A stretch of DNA of 64,000 nt from Methanobrevibacter sp. (lineage in GTDB: Archaea > Methanobacteriota > Methanobacteria > Methanobacteriales > Methanobacteriaceae): the NCBI RefSeq assembly GCF_017431965.1, contig NZ_JAFRKB010000039.1, positions 818-64,817 on the forward strand, given 5' to 3'. Of this stretch, positions 20,449 to 30,420 are shown piece after piece. A program made the translations under genes and the position numbers. Within the stretch, counting starts at the first letter, position 1. Every line of letters begins with the position of its first letter. Below the pieces are notes generated by a model that worked only from the letters and a program-made list of their open reading frames with translations, had not been told where the DNA came from and searched no databases.

Positions 20449-22143
20449 ATGAGAGGCGGAGAAGCGATAATTGAATCCCTCAAAAATATGGGGGTTAAAA
20501 CAATATTTGGTTATCCTGGCGGACAGACCATACCATTTTACGACATGTTATATGATTCAGACATGGAACATATATTAGTTAGACACGAACAATGCGCAGC
20601 TCATGCAGCGGATGGATATGCAAGAGCTTCTGGTAAAGTGGGTGTGTGTTTGGCAACTTCAGGTCCGGGAGCAACCAATCTTGTAACTGGTATTGCTACT
20701 GCATATATGGATTCCTCTCCAATAATTGCTATTACTGGACAAGTTCCTACTCATTTAATAGGTAATGATGCATTTCAAGAAGCTGACATTATTGGAATTA
20801 CAATGCCAATTACCAAACATAGTTTTCAACCAAAAGACCCTGATTTAATACCTTCAATGATTAAATCTTCTTTTGAAATAGCTGCAAGCGGAAGACCAGG
20901 TCCTATCGTGATTGATGTTCCAAAGGAAGTTCAAGAAGGTGAACTGACAAAATTTGATGATTCTTTAATTAGTACTCCGGGTTATAATCCAAATACTAAA
21001 GGTAATATTAGACAAATTAAAAAAGCCTGTGATTTAATAAAGCAAGCTAAAAAGCCTATGATATTGGCAGGCGCTGGTGTAATTATATCTAATGCATGCT
21101 GTGAGTTAAAGGAACTTTCAGACACCATTAATGCTCCTGTAATGACTTCACTTTTAGGTAAGGGAGCTATTGATGAAACCAGTGATTTGGCATTAGGAAT
21201 GCTTGGTATGCATGGAAGAAAAGTTTCAAATGATTATATTAATGAATCCGATTTGTTGATAGCTATCGGAATTAGATTTTCAGATAGGACAACCGGAAGA
21301 CTGGACAGTTTTGTTCCGGATACCAAAGTTATTCATATTGATATAGATCCAGCGGAAATAGGTAAAAATGTGGATGTCGATTTGCCGATTGCAGGGGATG
21401 CTAAAAATGTATTGTCATCTCTTAACAAATCCTTAAAAGGTCATGAAGTATCCGGTGATGTTAAATCTTGGGCAAATATGATTAAGGAGAAAAAACAGGA
21501 ATTGCTTCCAAGAGTCACTTATAGTGATGTTCCGTTAAAGCCGCAAACAGTTATAAAAGAGATTGCTGAGGTATTAACACCGGAATCAATTTTAACAACA
21601 GATGTAGGTCAAAATCAAATGTGGGCGGCTCATTTCTATGATACCCAAAAGCCACGCAAATTCATATCTTCCGGTGGACTTGGAACCATGGGATTCGGAT
21701 TCCCGTCAGCTATTGGCGCTAAGGTAGCATGTCCGGATGATCCTGTTGTTTCCATAAATGGGGATGGCGGATTTTTAATGGTCTGTCAGGAATTGGCTAC
21801 TGTTCATGATTATGATTTGCCGGTTATTGCTGTTGTATTGGAAAATAGGACTTTAGGAATGGTATATCAATGGCAAACATTATTATATAATAGTAGGCAT
21901 TCACAAACAGAGTTTAAGGACAGTCCTGACTTTGTTAAATTGGCTGAAAGTTTCAAGATAAATGCTGAAAGGATTACAAAGCCTGGTGAAACTAAAGAGG
22001 TATTAACTTCAGCGATTAAAGATAACGAATCAATTTTATTAGATATTGTAATCGATTCCGAGGAAGCCCTGCCGATGCTTCCGCCTGGAGCGGGAATTAA
22101 TGAGATGATTGGTGAATACAAACTTGAGAAGGATGTGATTTAA
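20449..22143 (+). CDS. ilvB: Acetolactate synthase large subunit
   Basis: FGYPGG, RHEQCAAHAADGYAR, TSGPGATN, DVGQNQMW, SGGLGTMG, GDGGF...N. Confidence 0.96.
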   Translation: MRGGEAIIESLKNMGVKTIFGYPGGQTIPFYDMLYDSDMEHILVRHEQCAAHAADGYARASGKVGVCLATSGPGATNLVTGIATAYMDSSPIIAITGQVPTHLIGNDAFQEADIIGITMPITKHSFQPKDPDLIPSMIKSSFEIAASGRPGPIVIDVPKEVQEGELTKFDDSLISTPGYNPNTKGNIRQIKKACDLIKQAKKPMILAGAGVIISNACCELKELSDTINAPVMTSLLGKGAIDETSDLALGMLGMHGRKVSNDYINESDLLIAIGIRFSDRTTGRLDSFVPDTKVIHIDIDPAEIGKNVDVDLPIAGDAKNVLSSLNKSLKGHEVSGDVKSWANMIKEKKQELLPRVTYSDVPLKPQTVIKEIAEVLTPESILTTDVGQNQMWAAHFYDTQKPRKFISSGGLGTMGFGFPSAIGAKVACPDDPVVSINGDGGFLMVCQELATVHDYDLPVIAVVLENRTLGMVYQWQTLLYNSRHSQTEFKDSPDFVKLAESFKINAERITKPGETKEVLTSAIKDNESILLDIVIDSEEALPMLPPGAGINEMIGEYKLEKDVI

Positions 22144-22629
22144 GTGACATTTGAGTATCATGTTATTTCCACATTAGTTGAAGACAGACCGGGGGTTTTA
22201 CAAAAAGTTGCTGGCTTATTCAATAGGAGAGGATTCAATATTGACAGTATTACTGTAGGGGAATCTGAAGTTGAAGGATTATCCCGTATGGTAATTTCAG
22301 TTCATGCCGATAAAAAGGGTTTGGAACAAGTCACAAAACAATTAAATAAGTTAGTTGATGTTATCAAGATTAAAGATATTACTAAAAATGCTGTTAAAAG
22401 GGAATTATGTCTTGTTAAAGTCAATATCCCTAATGAAAAAGCAAGAGCAGAAATAATGCAATATTCTAATATTTTCAGAGCAAAAATTGTTGATGTTACT
22501 GAAGAAACGTTAATAATTGAGTTAACTGGGGATAAAGAAAAAATTGATGCATTTATATCTTTATTAAAAGGTTACGGAATCAAAAAGATTTCACGCACTG
22601 GCCTTACGGCCATGGCAAGGGGAGTATAA
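22144..22629 (+). CDS. ilvN: Acetolactate synthase regulatory (ACT) subunit
   Basis: VEDRPGVL, RRGFNIDSITV, KQLNKLVDVIK, RELCLVKV, RTG. Confidence 0.95.
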   Translation: MTFEYHVISTLVEDRPGVLQKVAGLFNRRGFNIDSITVGESEVEGLSRMVISVHADKKGLEQVTKQLNKLVDVIKIKDITKNAVKRELCLVKVNIPNEKARAEIMQYSNIFRAKIVDVTEETLIIELTGDKEKIDAFISLLKGYGIKKISRTGLTAMARGV

Positions 22630-22630
22630 A

Positions 22631-23158
22631 ATGACTATATTAGAAAATGTTTTGGAAGATAATAAGAAATTTGTTGAAAACTTTGAAGGTGAAGAAATGT
22701 CTCACCATGCTCAAAAGAAGTTAGCTATTTTAACTTGCATGGACTGCAGACTAATAGACTTTTTTGAACCTGCATTAGGACTTGAAAGGGGCGATGCAAA
22801 AATAGTTAGAAATGCCGGAAACTCAATTGTTGGTGAAGATGCAATCAGATCCATTGGAGCAGCCCTTTACAATTTAGGCTGTGAAGAAGTATTGGTTGTA
22901 GGTCACACTGAATGTGGTATGGCAGGAGCCGATGCTGATGCCTTAAAGGAAAAAATGATTGCAAGAGGCATTTCAGAAGAAGACATTGCCAAATATGATT
23001 TGGCTGAATGGATTGGTGGATTTGATGATGAGGAAGAAAATGTCAAAAACGTTGTTGAAAAAATTAAAAACCACCCGTTAATTCCGGATGTGCCGGTACA
23101 TGGTCTTATAATCGATATTGTAACTGGTGAGCTAAAAGTTTTAGTAGATGGTTACTAA
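22631..23158 (+). CDS. Beta-class carbonic anhydrase (Cab type)
   Basis: TCMDCRL, RNAGN, GHTECGM zinc ligands. Confidence 0.93.
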   Translation: MTILENVLEDNKKFVENFEGEEMSHHAQKKLAILTCMDCRLIDFFEPALGLERGDAKIVRNAGNSIVGEDAIRSIGAALYNLGCEEVLVVGHTECGMAGADADALKEKMIARGISEEDIAKYDLAEWIGGFDDEEENVKNVVEKIKNHPLIPDVPVHGLIIDIVTGELKVLVDGY

Positions 23159-23403
23159 TCATCTATTTCTATTTTTTTTATTTTATCATCTGTTTGATAT
23201 TTTCACACGCCTGATTTTAAAAAATTTGTAGATGATATTGAAATCATATATTGGGATGCATATAATATGGACAATTGAGTACTAAAAACTCATGGTTTCA
23301 AATAATTTGGCGAAAATTTGAAATTAGGTTACTTTTATAAATGGTGAAATTCAAACCTATTATGTGATATTTTATTATATCTTAATTTTTACGAGTGATT
23401 ATT

Positions 23404-24396
23404 ATGAAAATGTATTACGACGACGATGTAAATACAGATGCTTTAGAAGGTAAAACCATTGCCGTAATCGGTTATGGTTCACAAGGTAGAGCACAATCTA
23501 GAAATATGGCTGACAGTGGAGCTAACGTAATTGTTGGATTAAGAGAAAACGGTAGCTCATGGAACCTAGCAAAAGAAGATGGAATGACTGTAAAAACTAT
23601 TGAAGATGCAGCAAAAGAAGCTGATATCATTCACATTTTGCTTCCTGATGAAATTCAAGAAAAAGTCTACAACACACAAATTTCAGAGTATGTTGAATCC
23701 GGAAACACCATTTCATTCTCTCACGGTTACAACATCCACTTTGGTTTAATCAAACCTGATGAAGATGTAAACATCGTAATGTTTGCACCAAAAGGACCTG
23801 GATCCATGGTAAGAAGAACTTATGAAGAAGGATTCGGTATTCCTGGTTTAGTGGCAGTCGAGCAAGATGCAACCGGTGATGCATTGCAACTTGCATTGGG
23901 CATGGCAAAAGCTTGCGGTTTAACCAAAGCGGGCGTTTTAGAAACTACTTTCCAAGAAGAAACTGAAACTGACTTATTCGGCGAACAAACCGTTTTATGC
24001 GGGGGTATCACTGAATTAATCAATGCTGGTTTCACTACTTTAGTTGAAGCTGGATACCAACCTGAAATCGCTTACTTTGAAACCTGTCACGAAGTAAAAC
24101 TCATTGTCGATTTAATCTACGAAAAAGGTTTTGCCGGAATGTGGACTGATGTAAGTAACACTGCTGAATATGGTGGTTTAACCAGAGGTAATAGAATTAT
24201 TACTCAAGAAGCTAAAGACGGCATGAAAGCAGTTTTAAAAGAAATCCAAGATGGCACCTTCAAAAAACAATGGGCTGATGAAAACGCTACTGACGGAGCT
24301 AACTTAAAAGAAATGAGAGCTGCTGAAGGTCAAAAAGAAATTGAAATTGTTGGTGAAAGATTAAGAAAAGCTTGTGGATTACAAAAAGACGATTAA
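23404..24396 (+). CDS. ilvC: Ketol-acid reductoisomerase
   Basis: [42 protein letters not shown]. Confidence 0.97.
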   Translation: MKMYYDDDVNTDALEGKTIAVIGYGSQGRAQSRNMADSGANVIVGLRENGSSWNLAKEDGMTVKTIEDAAKEADIIHILLPDEIQEKVYNTQISEYVESGNTISFSHGYNIHFGLIKPDEDVNIVMFAPKGPGSMVRRTYEEGFGIPGLVAVEQDATGDALQLALGMAKACGLTKAGVLETTFQEETETDLFGEQTVLCGGITELINAGFTTLVEAGYQPEIAYFETCHEVKLIVDLIYEKGFAGMWTDVSNTAEYGGLTRGNRIITQEAKDGMKAVLKEIQDGTFKKQWADENATDGANLKEMRAAEGQKEIEIVGERLRKACGLQKDD

Positions 24397-24445
24397 GTCT
24401 TTTTATCCTTTTTACTTTTTTTATTAATTTTATAGTGTGGTAAGC

Positions 24446-25450
24446 ATGGTATTTATTGGCATGGACCATGGAACTACTGGTATCTCTTTTTGTATAATGT
24501 CTCATAATGGAGAAATAATTGATATCTTTAAGATTGATAGGGAAGATTCTAAAAGCGGCAAGATATCGGCCATTGAGGAATTATCTAAACGTGTTGATTT
24601 AAGCTCTGTTAAATTGATGGCTATTACTTATGCAATGGGTGACGGCTTCAATAAGATTTTACCGATTGATAAGGTTGAAGATAGAGGAATTTTATCAATC
24701 AATGGTGCAGGTAAGGTTACCGGTGGAGGAACTTCCGTATTCTCAGAGTTGGAAAATTCTGATATTCCAACTATCATGATACCTGGTCTTCACAAGAATT
24801 CTACTTCATTAAACGAGCTGTTTAATGCAGCTTATTCTCATCAGGCCAGTCCTGAGAAGGTAAGCATTTCATATAATGCGCTTAAGGAAACCGGCTGGCA
24901 AAATTTCATTGTTGCGGATATATCCTCTAACAGTGTTGACATATTGATAGAAGATTCTAAGATTAAAGGGGCCATGGATGCATGCATTGGTGCTATGGGC
25001 ATAGTGCATGGGCCAATCGATTTGGAAATGATACGTGACATTGATGAAGGCAGAAAAACTGCAAATGAATGTTTTTCACATGCGGGTGCAATTAAAATAG
25101 CTGGAATCGACGGCAAAGTGGCCAATATGAAAGATCAACTTTTAAAAAACTATGAAAATGGTGATGAAAAAGCGAAATTGGCTATTGATACTTTAATCAT
25201 GACCGTGGCAATGGAAATAGCTGGACTGGATGTAGTTTGTGAAAATGATATTGAAGGAATCGTTTTAACAGGTTCAATTGGAAGTGCAACAGAACCTTTT
25301 AACTTTGAAGATGAAATCAATAGATATTTCAAGAATAAATATGAATTGAAAGTAATTTCTAAAGAGTCCGGATCAATCGGTGCCGCTCAAATAGCCAAGG
25401 CCGTCTATGACGGTGAAGATAATATTTTGGGAATTGAAGCTGAACTGTAA
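24446..25450 (+). CDS. Methanogenesis marker protein 12 (UPF0285, ASKHA-like fold)
   Basis: FIGMDHGTTG, YAMGDG, GAGKVTGGGT, IPGLH, YSHQASPEK, DISSNSV, HGPIDL. Confidence 0.8.
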   Translation: MVFIGMDHGTTGISFCIMSHNGEIIDIFKIDREDSKSGKISAIEELSKRVDLSSVKLMAITYAMGDGFNKILPIDKVEDRGILSINGAGKVTGGGTSVFSELENSDIPTIMIPGLHKNSTSLNELFNAAYSHQASPEKVSISYNALKETGWQNFIVADISSNSVDILIEDSKIKGAMDACIGAMGIVHGPIDLEMIRDIDEGRKTANECFSHAGAIKIAGIDGKVANMKDQLLKNYENGDEKAKLAIDTLIMTVAMEIAGLDVVCENDIEGIVLTGSIGSATEPFNFEDEINRYFKNKYELKVISKESGSIGAAQIAKAVYDGEDNILGIEAEL

Positions 25451-25458
25451 TGCTTCTT

Positions 25459-26907
25459 TCAGCTTAAATAAATTAGATATTTTATCTTTTTCAAAACTCT
25501 TTTTGGGGCAATTGACTTGAAAAATTCTACAGTGCCTTTATTAATTCCTTTTTCATATTTCATGAAACTATAAAGAAGCAGTATGACGGCAGAAACTGAA
25601 AGTATCATACATATAAACATCATAAGATTTGAGGATTGTACTAATAAATAATCTAAATCTTCTGGTCCTAAAGTTTGATTTCCGAAAAATATTGATAGGA
25701 TTAAGGTATAAATTCCGGTACTTAAAATTTTTCCAAATTCTTTATTTGATGATAGAATTGAACTCGCATCAGCCAAGTCCTCTTCATCCACAATTGTCAA
25801 AGTATATTTGTTATTTGGGGCTGAGAATAATCCGTTACCTATTCCCTGAAAAGCACATCCGACAAGTATTATTTCAAATGGTATATGGTCTACGAAGAAA
25901 TATATTGCCATGGAAATGGCCAGAAATATCATTGCAGTAGCGGAAATTAGTCTCGGATCAAATTTGTTTGAAAGCATACCTCCAATATTTGACATTCCAA
26001 TCGTTATGATAGGGGAAATAATAAGAATCATCGAGACAACATATTCCTCAAAATTTAAAATATATTGTAAATGGAAAGACAATGCGGTAATGGCAATTGT
26101 TGTGGTGAAATAAGTTACCATAGCTGCATAATTTCCGATTACATATCTTGTGTTATTAATTAAATTAAAGTTCAATATCGGTTCTTCAACTTTCTTTTCA
26201 ATTTTAATAAATATTGCCAATATGATTAGGCTTATTACTAAAAATATCGCACCATATACGTCTAATTCTGTGAGACCATATGTAAATAAAGCCATTATGA
26301 CAATATAGAAAAATGAACCCTTATTATCAATCGGTTTTTTCTCACCAGTCCATTCTTTTGTAACATTATTTAGTAAATATAATAAAACAAGAAGTATAGG
26401 AATCAATATTAAAAATGCAAATTTCCAATCTGCAAAGTAAATCACAAAACCCATAAAAGATGGAGCCATTAACATTCCGACATAACCCGCTGAGGAAACC
26501 ATACCCAATGCAGAACCCATTTCATGCTCTTGAAACTCTTCAACAATTATTACATAAATACTGATTGCCAGTGAGGCGGATGTTAACCCCTGAAGCAATC
26601 TTGATAAAAGAAACATGTATTCATTCACGGATAGAAATGATACCATGATTGATATGAACAGTAGAATAATACTCAGTTTAGTGCTTTTTTTAATTCCATA
26701 TTGCGAGATAATTTTAGCAAAGGGCAGACTGAAAGATACAAAACTCATTAAATAAATTAAATTAACCCATAGTAGTCCTTCAGCTGAAAAATTTAAAGCT
26801 ATAGCTATGTCTGGAAGTGCTACAACGGTCATATTAGCAATCAATTGCATGATTAATTGTGAGGTTGCGGCAACTATAAGAAGTATTTTCTTTTCCGAAA
26901 TGTTAAT
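25459..26907 (-). CDS. MFS transporter, DHA2/EmrB-like
   Basis: VVALPDIA, LWVNLIY, LSRLLQG, D-x-KG, GIGNGLFSAPN; first ATG 26850 falls inside TM1, frame open to ATT 26907 behind AGGAGG. Confidence 0.88.
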   Translation of the reverse strand: MNISEKKILLIVAATSQLIMQLIANMTVVALPDIAIALNFSAEGLLWVNLIYLMSFVSFSLPFAKIISQYGIKKSTKLSIILLFISIMVSFLSVNEYMFLLSRLLQGLTSASLAISIYVIIVEEFQEHEMGSALGMVSSAGYVGMLMAPSFMGFVIYFADWKFAFLILIPILLVLLYLLNNVTKEWTGEKKPIDNKGSFFYIVIMALFTYGLTELDVYGAIFLVISLIILAIFIKIEKKVEEPILNFNLINNTRYVIGNYAAMVTYFTTTIAITALSFHLQYILNFEEYVVSMILIISPIITIGMSNIGGMLSNKFDPRLISATAMIFLAISMAIYFFVDHIPFEIILVGCAFQGIGNGLFSAPNNKYTLTIVDEEDLADASSILSSNKEFGKILSTGIYTLILSIFFGNQTLGPEDLDYLLVQSSNLMMFICMILSVSAVILLLYSFMKYEKGINKGTVEFFKSIAPKRVLKKIKYLIYLS

Positions 26908-27009
26908 TGAAAGCCCTCCTAACCATATTTTTTTAGTTAATTATATTTAAAATTCAGTTCTTTTGGGTTATCATTAACTTTATATTATTTTTTTAACATA
27001 ATATCATTG

Positions 27010-28137
27010 ATGGTAAACAGAACTGTATGGGCGTTGGCATGTGTTTGTTTTTCGCTGTCCACGCTGTTAAGTATGGTTGGAATTATTTCAGTTATTCAGA
27101 TTTATTTCAATGTTTCTATTTATTATGCTAGTTTGTATGCAAGTATATTTGCCGGAACATTGGGATTTTCAAGTTTGGTAATGCCTGCAGTTTTTTCAAG
27201 ATTTGAGAAAAAGAGACTCATAATCATTATATTGATAATCACGATAATAGCTAATTCAATGGAACTGTTAGTCACAGATTATTATATTGGGCTTATTTTT
27301 AGAATAATTCCTGCATTTTTCTATCCGATTGCTGTTAGTTCCGCTTTAACAATTGTTGGCAAAATTGCTCCGCATTATACAAACAGGGTAGTTTTAGGGG
27401 TTTCTGCTGGAAGCATATTGGGCCTTTCCATTACTTCTTATTTGGGGTTTACTCATGGATTTCAGATTACAATGCTGTGGTTTGTTCTGATTAATGTCGT
27501 GTCATTAATTTTAACTGCAATCTTCATTCCTAATTTTGAAGGTAATAAAGAGCCTATAATGTTGCAGATTAGTCATGCAAAATCTAAATCGTTTTTACTT
27601 TCGATAATTTATGTTTTTTGCATGGTTGTAGGTATAAGTATCACTTATAATTATATTCCAACATTCTTAAATCAAGTAACTAAAATCAGCGGTGAAATGT
27701 TATTTGTTACTTTATTTTTAATGGGCTTAACATCCATGTTTGGAACAGTTTTATGCGGATACTTACTTGAAAAAAAGGGTAGTTTAACTGTTCTTTTTTA
27801 TCCTATTGGGTTTTCTGTTATAATGTTTATATTGGGATTATTCGTTAAATATCCATTCACAGAATTTTTTGTCCTGTTGATTTTTGGAATATTTGATGGG
27901 TCTGCATATACGGTTTCACAATATTGGGTTACTTCATCCGTTAGCGAATCTCCTGAATTTGCAAATGGAATATTTTTATTGATGTGTAATTTAGGTATAT
28001 TTATCGGAACAATGGTTGGTGGATTGATTATAGACAATATCAGTATTTTATACATTTTCTTTGGATCTGTAATTATGATGATTTTGGCAATTCCATTTGT
28101 TGTCATTAGAATCAGAGCCACTCCTGATGCCGTTTAA
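27010..28137 (+). CDS. MFS transporter (AraJ/PbuE-like, ~12 TM)
   Basis: Almost entirely hydrophobic; SRFEKKR loop motif, G-x-S-AG-x-ILG, PEFANG, NLGIFIGT-x-VGG. Confidence 0.8.
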   Translation: MVNRTVWALACVCFSLSTLLSMVGIISVIQIYFNVSIYYASLYASIFAGTLGFSSLVMPAVFSRFEKKRLIIIILIITIIANSMELLVTDYYIGLIFRIIPAFFYPIAVSSALTIVGKIAPHYTNRVVLGVSAGSILGLSITSYLGFTHGFQITMLWFVLINVVSLILTAIFIPNFEGNKEPIMLQISHAKSKSFLLSIIYVFCMVVGISITYNYIPTFLNQVTKISGEMLFVTLFLMGLTSMFGTVLCGYLLEKKGSLTVLFYPIGFSVIMFILGLFVKYPFTEFFVLLIFGIFDGSAYTVSQYWVTSSVSESPEFANGIFLLMCNLGIFIGTMVGGLIIDNISILYIFFGSVIMMILAIPFVVIRIRATPDAV

Positions 28138-28195
28138 TAAGGAGTGTATGAGAAAAATAGTATTTCGTATGGTTATGTGGTGTTTGTGGGTGAAG

Positions 28196-28393
28196 TTATT
28201 CATTTAGGCTAATATATACAATATTTCCGCCTTTTAAGGTTTCAATGCCATTATCATTTTCTAAAACGATATTTAAGTAATTATCAATAGCTATTATTTT
28301 TCCTTCAGCCTGATTATTGTCTCTTAATTCTACAATCACATTTTTATTTTTAAATTGTCTGAATAGTTTATTTACTTGGTCTTTGTCAGTCAT
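28196..28393 (-). CDS. LSm/Sm-like archaeal protein (SmAP2-like)
   Basis: VIVELRDN-x3-GKIIAIDNYLNIVL, LKGGNIVYI Sm1/Sm2 motifs. Confidence 0.88.
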   Translation of the reverse strand: MTDKDQVNKLFRQFKNKNVIVELRDNNQAEGKIIAIDNYLNIVLENDNGIETLKGGNIVYISLNE

Positions 28394-28467
28394 GATTTTC
28401 AATCCTTTAATCGTATATTATAGTTTATATTCTATATTTATATACTTTAATGTTTTAATATTATACC

Positions 28468-28611
28468 ATGGCAATTAATCAATTAGAAGAAAATTTAGAA
28501 GCTATTACAAGGACAATTGAACAGTTAAAAAAAGATGGATGCAGCGATGAAAAGATTTTAAATGATCTTCGCGAACAAAGAGACAAAATACTCAAAGATT
28601 TAAACTTATAA
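28468..28611 (+). CDS. Small 47-aa helical protein, below ORF-track cutoff
   Basis: ATG..TAA: MAINQLEENLEAITRTIEQLKKDGCSDEKILNDLREQRDKILKDLNL; coding-like purine-rich codons; TATA-like TTTAAT about 20 nt upstream. Confidence 0.7.
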   Translation: MAINQLEENLEAITRTIEQLKKDGCSDEKILNDLREQRDKILKDLNL

Positions 28612-28616
28612 GTATT

Positions 28617-29393
28617 TTATTTTAACCATTCTTTTAATAAAGTCATATCACTTGTCAAATCTATTTTTAAAGGTGTTACAGTAGTTTTATGTGCTTTACG
28701 TAATTCATAACCATCACTTCCAGGTACATCTGAATCGTATGGTTCGCCTCCAATCCAGTAATATGGTTTTCCACGTGGATCAAGGCGTTTGTGCATTATT
28801 GGAGTATACATCCTTTTTCCTAATTTTACCACTTCAAATTCTTCATTTACAGGGTTTTCAGGTATATTAACATTTAATAAGTCGATTCCTTCAGGCAATC
28901 CTTTCTTTAATACAATTTTGGATATTTTATTGAGCATTTTTCCTGCAAAATCAAAATCTATTTCTATTTCACCGTTTTCAAATTTAATGTCGTCCCTAAT
29001 CACTTCTTGTGAAATGGCTATTGTAGGTATTCCAAAACTTGCCGCTTCAATGGCTGCTCCAAGTGTTCCTGATGTTGTCAGTTCTGCTTGTCCCAAATTA
29101 AAACCGGTATTTATTCCGGAAATCATGATGTCCGGTTTTTCATCAAGCAGTTGAAATAGTCCGATAGTCACGGCATCGGTCGGAGTTCCGCTTACACCAT
29201 ACCCAAAACTTCCATCCTTTAAAGTATATTTATTCACTCTTAACGGTTCATAAAGTGTTAATGCATGTCCAATACCGCTCTGTTGTGTTTCAGGTGCTAT
29301 TACACATGTATCACATAAATTTTCCACCGCTTTTTTAGCAGCTAGGATTCCTGAAGCAGTTATTCCATCATCATTACTTATTAATGCTTTCAT
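28617..29393 (-). CDS. surE: 5'/3'-nucleotidase SurE
   Basis: ISNDDGI, AP-x2-QQSG, GTPTDAV, SGINTG, SGTLGAA, LLNVNIP, DPRGKPYYW. Confidence 0.96.
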   Translation of the reverse strand: MKALISNDDGITASGILAAKKAVENLCDTCVIAPETQQSGIGHALTLYEPLRVNKYTLKDGSFGYGVSGTPTDAVTIGLFQLLDEKPDIMISGINTGFNLGQAELTTSGTLGAAIEAASFGIPTIAISQEVIRDDIKFENGEIEIDFDFAGKMLNKISKIVLKKGLPEGIDLLNVNIPENPVNEEFEVVKLGKRMYTPIMHKRLDPRGKPYYWIGGEPYDSDVPGSDGYELRKAHKTTVTPLKIDLTSDMTLLKEWLK

Positions 29394-29523
29394 ATATTTA
29401 TTAAGGTATTACCATCTTAAAATAATTTTATATTTTTGCATAGATATGATAAACTTTAATAATAATTTAATGTATAAAATATATTAGTAATTTTTTTTAG
29501 AAAAAACACATGCGGGTGGAAAA

Positions 29524-30420
29524 TTGGAAAAACCACAACTTATTAATTTTATAGCTAAAGTGATGGAGGACTCTGGTTTCAAAGTTTATAAGAATTTTAA
29601 AACTTCACAGAAGATTATAGACATATATGCTATATTGCCGACAACAATTGGGGATTTTGGGGTTGTTGTAGCATGTAAAAACTATGATAAGAATTTTGAA
29701 ATTGGGGTTGATGTTTTAAAAGAGATGGAAGAAGTTGGAGAAAGCTTAAAGGCGTCTAAAGTAACTATTGTTTCTTCCTCTTATTTTTCAAGCCAAGCAA
29801 CTAATTATGCACTTAGAAAAAACATTAAGCTAGTGGACAGGAATAATTTAATTGAGCTTGCTAAAAAATATCAGGATAGAACTTCTCAAACTACTTTGGA
29901 TAATACTCCTTATGATGGTGGGGCATCAGCTTATATTGATGAAGAATATCCTGAATATCAATATGATGCATCTGACATGGAATATTTGATGCAAAGACGG
30001 GATCAAAACCCTCACGTTTATAAAAGTTCATTGTATAGACAGGTTGAAGAAGATAGGCCTAGAGGATTGTCATCTCTATTGAATAGGGTTAATTCTCCAA
30101 TAAGCAGCGGCAGATCATCTACTAATTTATATAACTACAATCAACAGCAATCCAGCCCTAATCCGTTATTGTTTAAGTTAATTAGCAATCCGATTGTTTT
30201 GATTATTTTAGTTGTAGCAGTTTCTTATTTCCTTGCATTCTTTGGAGGAAATATCTTAAAAATGGATGCAGGAATCACAGGATTGATAGAGATGGTTGCA
30301 GCCTTGATTTTATCATATGGTCTGTCATTATATACAGAAAGAAATGGAGATTTCATTGTAAAAGGAACATTTGTATTTTTCATTTCATTAGTAATCTTAA
30401 TCATATTAATTTTTGTTTAA
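29524..30420 (+). CDS. Mrr-like PD-(D/E)xK nuclease-fold protein with C-terminal transmembrane helices
   Basis: GFKV, IDIYA, VVVACKNY, SSYFSSQA-x2-YA-x3-NIKLVDR (Mrr_cat pattern); three hydrophobic segments at C-terminus. Confidence 0.72.
   Translation: MEKPQLINFIAKVMEDSGFKVYKNFKTSQKIIDIYAILPTTIGDFGVVVACKNYDKNFEIGVDVLKEMEEVGESLKASKVTIVSSSYFSSQATNYALRKNIKLVDRNNLIELAKKYQDRTSQTTLDNTPYDGGASAYIDEEYPEYQYDASDMEYLMQRRDQNPHVYKSSLYRQVEEDRPRGLSSLLNRVNSPISSGRSSTNLYNYNQQQSSPNPLLFKLISNPIVLIILVVAVSYFLAFFGGNILKMDAGITGLIEMVAALILSYGLSLYTERNGDFIVKGTFVFFISLVILIILIFV

Noticed and set aside
23166-23403. ilvC leader as attenuator or riboswitch
   Set aside because: Only weak AT-rich inverted repeats; no BCAA-rich leader peptide or recognisable RNA motif
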